Below the pieces are notes generated by a model, which worked only from the letters and a program-made list of their open reading frames with translations, did no database searches and was not told the DNA's origin. Positions 29,636 through 38,650 of a DNA stretch of 64,000 nt are shown piece by piece. Position 1 is the stretch's first letter. Every line of letters starts with the position of its first letter. The DNA comes from Candidatus Latescibacterota bacterium (lineage in GTDB: Bacteria > Latescibacterota > UBA2968 > GCA-2709665). A program made the position numbers and the translations under genes. Location of the stretch: the NCBI GenBank assembly GCA_965219455.1, contig OZ244744.1, positions 800,001-864,000 on the forward strand, read 5' to 3'.

Positions 29636-30835
29636 ATGTCCAAGCTGCGTATGGCCGTTGCCGGTGTCGGCGCCGAGAAGGGCTCCCGTGCCAGGGGCTA
29701 CCTGGACACAATCCGGAAACTCGCGCATCTCTACGACCTCTGCGCGATCTGCGACGCCGGAGAAGAGGCCCTGCACGCGGCGGGCGAGTTGTTTGACGTT
29801 TCCGCGCGCTATACGTGTATCGAAACGCTACTCCAGGAACAGAGGCCGGATGTCTTTTTTGTCCTGCTCCCCACCGACGGCCAGACGGTGGCGGCGCTTG
29901 CCGGTATCGAATACGGCTGCCATATCATCACCGAAATCCCCTATGCGCTCACCCTGGACATGGGCGATGCAATCGACCGTGCGGCAAGTGCGAAAGGCCT
30001 GAAATGGGAAGTGGCCGAAAACGTCTGGCTCTGGCCCAACGAGCGACTCAAACAGAAAATCGCGCGGGCCGGCGTCCTGGGCAAGCTCACCCACGCCAGC
30101 CTCCGGTATCCCGCGGGCAGTTACCATGGGCTGAACGCCATCCGCACGATCCTGAACAGCAAACCCCGGCGCGCAACGGGTTATGCCCAGGCCGTAGAGG
30201 TGCCGCCCTACAAGAACTACGGCGGGGGGGACGAAACGACCCGCTGGTGGGAAAGCGGCGTGATCGAATTCGAAAACGACGTGGCGTGCATCTACGAAAT
30301 GCCCTCTACCCCCGGCGCGAATCCCGGTATGAACTGGGATATCGAAGGCATCAACGGCTACCTCTCGGGAGAAGCACTGACCCTCTACGAAACCGGGGGC
30401 CGCACCTATCCCATCCGCGAAATACACGAGGAAGTCGACGGCGAACGGATCCTCGCGAGCGTGCAGGTGGACACGGACCCTCCCATTGTCTGGAAAAATC
30501 CCTACAAACAGTATAGAGTCTCCAGCCAGGACGACGTGGCCAAAGCCGCCATCCTGGAGAGTCTGCACACCGCCGTCACCCGGAACACCATCCCCCAATA
30601 CGGTGCGGACGGCGGTCGGTTGGACTACGAAATGTGGGTGGCGCTACGCGAAAGCGCCGAAACCGGGGGCGGGTGGGTTGACTTCCCGCTGGCCGACGCC
30701 ACGAGCCTGGAAGAACGCATCCGCGCCGAATTCAATCGCTACTACGGCGGCGACCCCGTGGCCGACGCCCGAGAACTCATCAACGCACCCTTCGGCCGGC
30801 TCAGCGCCATGTGGACCGTAGCGGGCTGGCTGTAA
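29636..30835 (+). CDS. Gfo/Idh/MocA-family oxidoreductase
   Basis: AVAGVG Rossmann start, HIITEIP (EKP-equivalent), VAEN. Confidence 0.8.
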   Translation: MSKLRMAVAGVGAEKGSRARGYLDTIRKLAHLYDLCAICDAGEEALHAAGELFDVSARYTCIETLLQEQRPDVFFVLLPTDGQTVAALAGIEYGCHIITEIPYALTLDMGDAIDRAASAKGLKWEVAENVWLWPNERLKQKIARAGVLGKLTHASLRYPAGSYHGLNAIRTILNSKPRRATGYAQAVEVPPYKNYGGGDETTRWWESGVIEFENDVACIYEMPSTPGANPGMNWDIEGINGYLSGEALTLYETGGRTYPIREIHEEVDGERILASVQVDTDPPIVWKNPYKQYRVSSQDDVAKAAILESLHTAVTRNTIPQYGADGGRLDYEMWVALRESAETGGGWVDFPLADATSLEERIRAEFNRYYGGDPVADARELINAPFGRLSAMWTVAGWL

Positions 30836-30932
30836 CGTACGGAGTAACGGCACCGGCGGGCGGTCGAGACATACTCGTATCCTTTAACTTCCCGCGTTCC
30901 GGAGCCGTCCGTCAACCCGAAGGCGTTCGTCC

Positions 30933-31700
30933 ATGAATAGACCCGGCAGGCTGGCTTTCGTCACCGGCGCCGCCAGCGGCATCGGTAAAGCCATTGCGGA
31001 ACGGTTTGCCGCCGAAGGCCACCGCGTTATTGCCCTCGACCGATCGGAAGGCGCCCTTCAGGAACTGGCCGTATGTGGTTCCAACACCATCCCATGCGTC
31101 TTCGACCTGAACAACCTGGAGACCATCCCTGACCTGGTGGCCCGGCTCGCCAGAGAGCACGGAACCATCGATGTCCTTGTCAACAATGCCGGAGCCTGGT
31201 GCTACGAACCCGTTGTCGACATCCCCCTGGACCGATGGGAAGAAATCTATCGGATCAATACCACCGCTCCGTTCATCCTTACCCGGGAGGTCGCGCCCGG
31301 AATGATCGAACGCGGCGACGGCGTCGTCGTCAATATCGCCTCCCGCAACGCGATGGTCTCCAGTAAGGGCTCCGCCGCCTACGACTCCTCCAAGGCGGCG
31401 CTCGTCGCCTTTACCCGAACCGCGGCGGGAGAATTCGCGCCACACAACGTCCGCGTCAACGCCATCTGTCCGGGCGTCATCAACACGCCCGCGAACGACG
31501 ACCTGCTGGACGACACGGAGACCTTGGCCAACTATCTCAAGTTGATACCGCAGGGCCGCTACGGCGAACCCCATGAAATCGCAGGCATCGCGTACTTTCT
31601 CACCACCCCGGACGCCCGTTTCATTACCGGGCAGACGCTTGTTGCAGACGGCGGTCAGATGGCCTTCTCGGACTGGAAGAAGCTTTTTGACAAGCCCTGA
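30933..31700 (+). CDS. SDR oxidoreductase
   Basis: TGAASGIG, NNAG, YDSSK, VRVNAICPG. Confidence 0.93.
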   Translation: MNRPGRLAFVTGAASGIGKAIAERFAAEGHRVIALDRSEGALQELAVCGSNTIPCVFDLNNLETIPDLVARLAREHGTIDVLVNNAGAWCYEPVVDIPLDRWEEIYRINTTAPFILTREVAPGMIERGDGVVVNIASRNAMVSSKGSAAYDSSKAALVAFTRTAAGEFAPHNVRVNAICPGVINTPANDDLLDDTETLANYLKLIPQGRYGEPHEIAGIAYFLTTPDARFITGQTLVADGGQMAFSDWKKLFDKP

Positions 31701-31793
31701 CGCACCTCAGGGGGCCGACCCCCCTGCGGGACCCTCGGGCGCCGCACCGGTGGATCCCACGCAACGATCGTTCGACGCGGAGAGAGGACTGAT

Positions 31794-32561
31794 ATGAGCC
31801 ACCCACAATTCACCGGCAGAGTCGCAATCGTCACCGGCGCCAGCAGCGGCATCGGCAAGGCCGTCGCACTCGCCCTGGCGAATGAGGGCGCGTCGGTCGT
31901 TGCCACCTACAATAGCAACAAGGCCGGCGCGGACGCTCTCGAAGAAGACGCCTCCACGTCGGAAGGCAGCATCGAAACGGTGCGGACGGACGTCTGCAGC
32001 GCGAAAGACGTCCAGCGCATGGTGGACCATACCCTCGAAATCTTCGGCGGCCGGCTCGATGTACTAGTGAACAACGCCGGCCAGTGGATGGACAAGTCGC
32101 CCATTGCGGAATGCCCGGACGAACTGTGGGATCATATGATCAACGTCAACCTGAAGAGTGTTTTCCTCTGCTGCCGCGCGGCCATTCCCGCCATGCAAAA
32201 ACACGGTGGCGGCGCCATCGTCAATATCTCCTCCGTCGCGGGCCATACCGGCGGCGGGGGGGGCACCCTGCCCTACGGCACGGCGAAGGGCGGGGTCAAC
32301 ACCTTCACCCGTGGACTCGCAAAAGAGCTTGCCCCGCACGGCATCCGGGTCAACGCGCTGGCGCCCGGCGTTATCGACACCCCGATGCAGCACCGGCACT
32401 CCACACCCGAACAGCTCGATTCCTTCGGGCGGGCCGCACCTCTGAAACGGGTGGGCAAACCCGAGGAAATGGTCGGCGCCGTGTTGCTCCTCGCCTCCGA
32501 CCAGGGCAGTTTCATTACCGGTGAAATCATCGACGCCAACGGCGGGATCTACATGCGCTGA
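31794..32561 (+). CDS. SDR oxidoreductase
   Basis: TGASSGIG, NNAG, YGTAK, IRVNALAPG. Confidence 0.93.
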   Translation: MSHPQFTGRVAIVTGASSGIGKAVALALANEGASVVATYNSNKAGADALEEDASTSEGSIETVRTDVCSAKDVQRMVDHTLEIFGGRLDVLVNNAGQWMDKSPIAECPDELWDHMINVNLKSVFLCCRAAIPAMQKHGGGAIVNISSVAGHTGGGGGTLPYGTAKGGVNTFTRGLAKELAPHGIRVNALAPGVIDTPMQHRHSTPEQLDSFGRAAPLKRVGKPEEMVGAVLLLASDQGSFITGEIIDANGGIYMR

Positions 32562-32687
32562 CCGTGAACGGCGTCCGCCACCGGTCCTTGATGACCGTTC
32601 GCGGGTTTCCGGCTTTTTCGAGGCGCATTTCGATTCTGATGCGCCAGGATCTGGCCGCAAATACACCCAATCAGACAGGAGACCTGA

Positions 32688-33608
32688 ATGAGAATCGGAT
32701 GGACATTGCTTGTATCGCTGCTTCTTATCGCATGTGAAGCCGGAAAGAAGGAACTGGCAACCGAAAACGAAAGATCAAGTTACAGCTTTGGTTACACCAT
32801 TGGAAAGGACGTTGTCAGAGGTTTGGAAAAACTCTCGTTGGAACTTAATTCGGATGCCTACTGCAAAGGCGTGATGGAAGCCGCGGCGGGCGGAGGCACA
32901 CTCTATACCAGCGAAGAAATCCAGCAGACGCTTCAAGCCTTCCAGAAAGAAAGAGAGGTGGCGGACAACGAAAGGCTTAACTATTCTCTTGGATATGCAA
33001 TGGCCAGGGACGTCGTGGAAGGGCTTCGGCGCAACGGAGGTATTGAAATCGATCCGAACGCGTTCTCGACGGGTATACGCGACTGTATCCTGAAAACAGA
33101 ACCACGGATGACCAAAGAGGAGATCGATGCGGTTATGACTTCATTAAAGCAAAGAATGATCGAAAGGCAACAGGCCCAGATGAAGGCACGCGCCTCGCGG
33201 CCCAACCCGGGACAGATGGCCGAGAAAAACAAGGAAGAGGGCCGGCGGTTCCTGGCGCACAATCTAACGAAAGAGGGCGTCGTGGAACAACCCAGCGGCC
33301 TGCAGTACAAGATGACCAGAGAGGGTTCCGGGAAATCACCTTCGGCCACCGACAAGGTGACTGTACACTACCGAGGCACCCTCCTCGACGGCAACGAATT
33401 CGACAGTTCCATCAAGCGCGGAGAACCGGCCACTTTCCCGCTCAATCGGGTCATCGGGGGCTGGACGGAAGGGTTGCAGTTGTTGAAGGAGGGCTCCAAA
33501 TGCGTGCTCTTCATTCCATCCCACCTCGCCTACGGCGACCGCGGAAATCAGGGAATTCCACCCGGCGCCACGCTCATTTTCGAGGTTGAACTGCTCAAGG
33601 TCAATTGA
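32688..33608 (+). CDS. FKBP-type peptidyl-prolyl isomerase lipoprotein with duplicated N-terminal dimerisation domain
   Basis: Lipobox LLIAC, two SYS(F/L)G repeats, VHYRGTL...FDSS...VIGGWTEGL...IPPGATLIFEVEL. Confidence 0.92.
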   Translation: MRIGWTLLVSLLLIACEAGKKELATENERSSYSFGYTIGKDVVRGLEKLSLELNSDAYCKGVMEAAAGGGTLYTSEEIQQTLQAFQKEREVADNERLNYSLGYAMARDVVEGLRRNGGIEIDPNAFSTGIRDCILKTEPRMTKEEIDAVMTSLKQRMIERQQAQMKARASRPNPGQMAEKNKEEGRRFLAHNLTKEGVVEQPSGLQYKMTREGSGKSPSATDKVTVHYRGTLLDGNEFDSSIKRGEPATFPLNRVIGGWTEGLQLLKEGSKCVLFIPSHLAYGDRGNQGIPPGATLIFEVELLKVN

Positions 33609-33820
33609 CTACCGGGCCGACAGGTTGAAACGTCGCGGGCAACGCGCTTTTTCGTCCAGAGATGAAGACAAACGTGCCTTGCGGGAAAACTATCTATTAA
33701 TATCAACTTTCAATAAATCTGTTGTGGAAAGTCGGCTTTTTTGTTAGATTGTTATGCTTCTATATTTGCCGTAAATTGAATAGCTTGCTCCCATATGCGG
33801 GAGTACGAAGGAGGTACGTG

Positions 33821-34072
33821 TTGCCCACACTCAAATCGTCCTACAAAAGGCTCCGACAGAACCAGAAGGCCCGGCTGCGAAATAAAAGCGCGCGTTCCGC
33901 TCTGAGAACCGTCCTCAAAAAGGCGGCGAACACCACGGGCAGAGAGGAAACGGAATCGATGATGCCGCAGGCGGTATCGGTCATAGACAAAAGTGTAAAA
34001 AAGGGTATCCTGCATCGAAACACCGCGGCCCGTTACAAATCCAACCTGGCCCGACGGGCAAATGCCCTGTAG
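33821..34072 (+). CDS. rpsT: 30S ribosomal protein S20
   Basis: MPTLKSSYKRLRQ...IDKSVKKGILHRNTAARYKS, with an AAGGAGG SD. Confidence 0.95.
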   Translation: MPTLKSSYKRLRQNQKARLRNKSARSALRTVLKKAANTTGREETESMMPQAVSVIDKSVKKGILHRNTAARYKSNLARRANAL

Positions 34073-34088
34073 ACAGCCCTTACACAAA

Positions 34089-34133
34089 CAAAAACGCGCC
34101 CGGTGTCTATAAGGACATCGGGCGCGTTTTTTT
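34089..34133. terminator. Bidirectional terminator between rpsT and cysK
   Basis: aaaaacgcgcccggtgtc-tataag-gacatcgggcgcgttttttt. Confidence 0.8.
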
Positions 34134-34148
34134 AATTCGTTGGGTTTT

Positions 34149-34196
34149 GTGTCCCGTCCCGGAAATAGATTGCCTAAATTCGGGACAAAACACTTA
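34149..34196. repeat. Internally deleted mini-copy of the MITE overlapping the cysK stop
   Basis: Left arm gtgtcccgtcccggaaatagattgcctaaattcg fused to right arm ggacaaaacactta. Confidence 0.65.
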
Positions 34197-35120
34197 TGAA
34201 AAGAGAAAAGCGTCCATGTAACGTTCTCCCGTATCCGGCAGAATGACCACCACGCGCTCGCCCGCCGTCATGGCTGCCGCAATCGCAACCGCCGCATGGG
34301 CCGCCGCCCCTGAGGAAATGCCCGCCAGGATGCCATCTTCCCTCGCCAGTCTGCGTGCCATCCGGCGGGCCTGGGTATTGGAAACCGAAACCACGCGATC
34401 CAGGATATCCACGTTGAGCACGGCGGGGATCATTCCGGCGCCCAGCCCGTCGATCTCCGTAGGTCCGGGTTTTCCGCCGGACAATACCGCGGAATCCTCG
34501 GGCTCAACGCCGACAACGCGCGTCTCCGGGAACTCCGCCTTTAAGACCTCGCCCACGCCGGTGACCGTCCCGCCGGTCCCCACGCCCGCAACGAAGACGT
34601 CGGGCGCTCCCTCCATCTGCCGCAGGATCTCACGCGCGGTCGTGCGGCGGTGAACATCGGGATTGGCCGGGTTCTCAAACTGTTGCGGTAGATAAGATTC
34701 CGTACCGTCCTCGACCAGTTCCAGCGCCTTTTCGATGGTTCCCTGCATCCCGTCGTAGGCCGGCGTCAACACGACCTCGGCGCCCAGCGCCCTGAGCAAC
34801 TTCCGGCGTTCGTCGCTGACGCCTTCCGGCATGGTGATCGTCAGCCTGTACCCCTTCACGGCGGCCACCATCGCCAGGCCGATGCCCGTATTCCCGCTGG
34901 TGGGCTCTACAATTCTCATTCCGGGCCTCAAATCGCCGCGTGCCTCGGCCGCCTCGATCATGGCCAGCGCCGTCCGGTCTTTCACGCTGCCCGCCGGATT
35001 GAACGCCTCCAACTTGGCCCAGACCACGGCCCCCTCCGAATCGGCCACCCGGTTCAGACGCACCATCGGCGTTGCGCCGATGAGATCCAGAATGTTGTCG
35101 GCTTTTCTGAGGGTATCCAT
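34194..35120 (-). CDS. cysK: Cysteine synthase A
   Basis: KLEAFNPAGSVKDR, EPTSGNTG, QQFENPAN, GVGTGGT, PDTGERY. Confidence 0.93.
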   Translation of the reverse strand: MDTLRKADNILDLIGATPMVRLNRVADSEGAVVWAKLEAFNPAGSVKDRTALAMIEAAEARGDLRPGMRIVEPTSGNTGIGLAMVAAVKGYRLTITMPEGVSDERRKLLRALGAEVVLTPAYDGMQGTIEKALELVEDGTESYLPQQFENPANPDVHRRTTAREILRQMEGAPDVFVAGVGTGGTVTGVGEVLKAEFPETRVVGVEPEDSAVLSGGKPGPTEIDGLGAGMIPAVLNVDILDRVVSVSNTQARRMARRLAREDGILAGISSGAAAHAAVAIAAAMTAGERVVVILPDTGERYMDAFLFS

Positions 35121-35157
35121 GCTGTACGCCGCCGGGTGGGCTGGGGCCGCTTCCGAG

Positions 35158-35586
35158 CTAGATACGAAAGACGATACGCCCGCTTTGCATTCGATATTTC
35201 TTGCAGAGATCGCCAAACGTGACCGAGGCCAGAACCTCCTCCAGGGCCGCCTCCATCTCTTCATAAACTTCCTGCAGCACGTCTTTTTCGCCGTCCGCGC
35301 TTTCTTTCACTTCCGCGGTCAACTTGACCGGGCCCTCCAGGACCTCCAGGACCGCGCCAACGGTAATTTCGTCGGGCCGCCGGATCAGTTCGTGGCCGCC
35401 TTTGCGACCTCTGACGCTGCGCACCATCCCGGCATTGCGCAATGGATTCAGCAACTGTACGAGATAGGATTCAGGAATATTCTGCCGGGAAGCAATTTCC
35501 GCACTCTGCACGACCCCTTCGCCGTAGTGCAACGCCAGATCCAATACGGCCCGCAATCCGTAATTGCCCTTCGAGGAAATATACAT
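35158..35586 (-). CDS. Rrf2-family regulator (CymR-like, no Fe-S Cys triad)
   Basis: ISSKGNYGLRA, IPESYLVQLL, SVRGRKGG, LEGP. Confidence 0.9.
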   Translation of the reverse strand: MYISSKGNYGLRAVLDLALHYGEGVVQSAEIASRQNIPESYLVQLLNPLRNAGMVRSVRGRKGGHELIRRPDEITVGAVLEVLEGPVKLTAEVKESADGEKDVLQEVYEEMEAALEEVLASVTFGDLCKKYRMQSGRIVFRI

Positions 35587-35641
35587 GCACGGCCTCCCTG
35601 AAACCCGGCGGGAACACACGTCCTCCGCGAATACCGGTCAA

Positions 35642-35926
35642 TCAACATCGTCCGCCGGCGATGGCCGGAACAATCGTCACACTGTCGCCGTCTTTCAGCG
35701 GCGTCTCCGTACCCTCCAGAAAACGAACGTCCTCGTCGTTGACGTACACGTTTACGAACCGGCGCAAACCGCCGGTGCCGGCTTCGACCAGATTCTCCTT
35801 GATGCCCGGATGTTTCGATTCCAGATCGTCAAGCAGTTCGCCCAGTGTTGCGCCGCTGGCTTCAACGTCCGCGCGATCGCCCGTGAATTTTCGCAATGGC
35901 GTCGGAATCCGTACAGTCAAGCCCAT
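35642..35926 (-). CDS. MoaD/ThiS/CysO-type ubiquitin-like sulfur carrier ending GG-RC
   Basis: VRIPTPLRKFTG, RRFVNVYVNDEDVRFL, IVPAIAGGRC*. Confidence 0.92.
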   Translation of the reverse strand: MGLTVRIPTPLRKFTGDRADVEASGATLGELLDDLESKHPGIKENLVEAGTGGLRRFVNVYVNDEDVRFLEGTETPLKDGDSVTIVPAIAGGRC

Positions 35927-36056
35927 CGTGTGAACCTCCTGAATTGTGGTTGCATTGCGTTCCCGGGATTGCAATGCAGATGCGTCGGATCTGTCCGTTC
36001 CTTCCCGTGTGAGGCCACTTCTTCACCGGTAACCATACGCACTTGCAATCCCATTC

Positions 36057-36530
36057 CTATTGGATTGCCGGATCGTAACCCTCCAGCGCCTTCTCCGCAA
36101 ATGTCTTCGTACGTCCGTCCCATTCGAACCCGGCCGCGCCCCGTACAGCGGCGTCCACCACGGAGACCACGAGATACACCACATCCGGAAAGGCCGGCTC
36201 GTCCATGAACATGGCGGCCTGGCGATCTTCCTCGGAAAAATACGCGCCGCAGTCGATGTGCGAATGATAAAACGCCACCACGCGGCCGCCCGCGCTTTCT
36301 GTCTCCGCAAAAATCCGGTGAACTTCCAGGTCGTCCATCCGGTAAGCGTTTTTCGAGGTGCGGGGGTGTTCCTCCGGGTTTCGGGCATGCAACCGGTCCT
36401 GTATATTCCCGCACCGATACACCTGATAGTCGCCGTCCGTCCCCGCCGCCACAATCCCACAGCACTCGGCCGGATAATCCTTGCGTGCATGTTCGTAAAT
36501 CTGTTTCCAGACCGCCCGATCCAAGTCCAC
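36057..36530 (-). CDS. JAMM/MPN metallopeptidase (Mec-like)
   Basis: YPAECCG, YHSH...FSEED JAMM motif. Confidence 0.92.
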   Translation of the reverse strand: MDLDRAVWKQIYEHARKDYPAECCGIVAAGTDGDYQVYRCGNIQDRLHARNPEEHPRTSKNAYRMDDLEVHRIFAETESAGGRVVAFYHSHIDCGAYFSEEDRQAAMFMDEPAFPDVVYLVVSVVDAAVRGAAGFEWDGRTKTFAEKALEGYDPAIQ

Positions 36531-36536
36531 CCTCCT

Positions 36537-37484
36537 TCAAACCGGCTCGTCCAGACGCCACAACGGGGTGCTCATATATTTCTCGCCACTGTCCGGAAAA
36601 AGGGTAACCACAATCCCGTCGCCCGCCTCCTCGGCCACGCGCAACGCCCCCGCGAAGGCCGCACCGCACGACTGTCCGGCAGGAATGCCTAGCTCGCGCG
36701 TCAACCGCCTCGCGGCCGCGTAGGCATCTTCGGTCTCCACGCGGATCTTCTGATCCCACACCGAAGGGTCGTAAATGCCCGGCACGATGGATACGTCCAT
36801 ATTCTTCAGGCCTTCGATTCCGTGAAACTCGTGCGGTTCCACGGCCACTATCCGGACGTCGGGGTTGTACTCCTTCAACCGCCTGCCGGTGCCGATCAAC
36901 GTGCCGCTGGTGCCGAGGGTCGCCACGAAATGGGTCACGCGCCCCCGCGTCTGCCGCCAGATCTCCGGCGCCGTCTGCAGATAGTGCGCCCTGGGATTCG
37001 AAGGGTTATTGTACTGATCCGGTTTGTAATAACGCTCCGGATTGGCCGCCAATATCTCCCTGCACTTCAGAATGGCGCCATCGGAGCCCTCCAGCGGATC
37101 GCTCATAACAAGGCTCGCCCCGTAGGCCTGAATCACGTGCCTGCGTTCCACGCTCACGCTGCCCGGCATCACCAGTTCCACCCGATACCCCAACGACGCG
37201 CCGATCATCGCGTACGCGATTCCCGTATTGCCGGACGTCGAATCGATGATCACCCTATCGGGAGTCAACTCTCCTGATGAGATGGCATCCTGGATCATCT
37301 GCAGCGCCGGCCGGTCCTTCACCGATCCGCCCGGGTTGAACATCTCCATTTTCGCAAAAATCTCAACGCCATCCAGGTGATCCGCAAACTTCCGGATGCG
37401 CAAAAGCGGCGTCTTGCCGATGGCGTCGACAATTGTCGGCTGAATTCGGGAACCGATGTCCGTACTCCCAACCTGATGCCCCAC
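36537..37484 (-). CDS. Cysteine synthase B / CysM-like PLP enzyme
   Basis: NPGGSVKDR, DSTSGNTG, DQYNNPSN, LGTSGT, PDSGEKY. The start is approximate. Confidence 0.88.
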   Translation of the reverse strand: MGHQVGSTDIGSRIQPTIVDAIGKTPLLRIRKFADHLDGVEIFAKMEMFNPGGSVKDRPALQMIQDAISSGELTPDRVIIDSTSGNTGIAYAMIGASLGYRVELVMPGSVSVERRHVIQAYGASLVMSDPLEGSDGAILKCREILAANPERYYKPDQYNNPSNPRAHYLQTAPEIWRQTRGRVTHFVATLGTSGTLIGTGRRLKEYNPDVRIVAVEPHEFHGIEGLKNMDVSIVPGIYDPSVWDQKIRVETEDAYAAARRLTRELGIPAGQSCGAAFAGALRVAEEAGDGIVVTLFPDSGEKYMSTPLWRLDEPV

Positions 37485-37510
37485 AAGCAACCTCTTCCCG
37501 GTCGTGCGGG

Positions 37511-37617
37511 TGGAATACACCCCGATCACCTATAAAAATGGCCCCGTGTTGCCCGGGACCAAGCAGCAAAAACAATATATGCAGACGACCGGCTTTGTCA
37601 AGCGCAAACGGCGGAAG
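37511..37617. repeat. Direct repeat copy C (island left boundary) containing a minus-strand promoter
   Basis: Near-identical to 43764-43871. TTGACA (37601-37596) and TATATT (37579-37574) on the minus strand. Confidence 0.9.
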
Positions 37618-37702
37618 TCGGCAAAGCCAGCGATCAGCGTACTGCGGTTGTCGATACGGCCAAGCGATCTCCATTTGCCGACGACCGCACCCATGCTGCA
37701 TT

Positions 37703-38070
37703 TGCGGGGGCGGTTCGCGAACCTCCCTCGGGGAGGAAGGGAAAGGCCTGCGCTATCTCGGTCTGCCCGTCCTGCAGGTGCCCATTCCGGGGGGAAGAAG
37801 GGGCCTTTCCGCGCTCGTTCGTTCAGTAGAGCTGTCCAGAAATGCCTACATAGCCCGCAGGGCAGAGTCTCACGAACTATCTACAGCGGTAATTCGCGAA
37901 AAGGCTACCCGCTGCGTCTGGGCAGTGCGCTCCTTTGCGCTTTTTCATGGCGAGAAAGAAAAAGGGCGTAAATTAAAAATCGAAAAAATCCAAATTCACA
38001 TTCTCTCCCCAAATTCCCTGCCTCCGGCGGGTTCCTTTTGACGCGACCAAAAGGAACCAAAAGTCGCCGC
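37703..38070. repeat. Cluster of REP-like palindromes
   Basis: gggggcggttcgcgaacctccc, cgctttttc...gaaaaagggcg, ggttccttttg...caaaaggaacc. Confidence 0.5.
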
Positions 38071-38551
38071 TAGGCGCGGGGCCTGCCATATGCATAGCGC
38101 GAATCTCGCTGGGGGCTCCACATGATCGGTTGCCCTGCGAGCGAAAGTGGAAAACGGTGCTCAGTGCCGGACGGAACTACGCGCTCTGCTCTGGTTGACC
38201 TCATGATGGGCATCGCTGCCGACGTTCTATTGGCTTCCTGCTGGCGAGAGTACGGAAATGGCTCACACGAAAACACAAAGAGAAAAACAACAGTCAGCGG
38301 CGAGTGGTCAGTGGTCGCCCGCCCGGTTGTGTTGGGGGTTTGTTCGCCGCAGAAATCGCGCCGCTCACCATCAGCCTCGAACGGCAACACCAGGCGTCCC
38401 CTGTTGTCCCGTATAAACACCGGAACAACATGCCACCCGCTGCGAGGTCGGAGGTTGGTTCTCCGCGCTTTAACGTCCAGCACCACGATTCAGGAACGGC
38501 TGGAGGGGACGAAGGGCACCAAAGCGTGTCGACACTGTTGTGACGTTTCGC

Positions 38552-38650
38552 GGAAGAGCGGCCAAGCCGCGCGATCGGTTCCTGTCGCTCGACGAGTTGA
38601 AGCGCCTCGGCTTCATCCTCACCCATGCAGAGGGCAAACCCAACTACGCG
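38552..38650 (+). pseudogene. Tyrosine recombinase (phage integrase) remnant
   Basis: An unlisted frame reads KPRDRFLSLDELKRLGFILTHAE, matching the R(E/D)RFLSxxELxRLG motif that precedes the catalytic domain of phage-type integrases. Confidence 0.5.

Noticed and set aside
35642-36530. Ubiquitin-like protein plus JAMM next to a defence island as a Bil/CBASS-type antiphage conjugation system
   Set aside because: No E2 or CD-NTase is present. The genes are flanked by cysteine synthases and lie outside the repeat-bounded island, so sulfur-carrier metabolism explains them.
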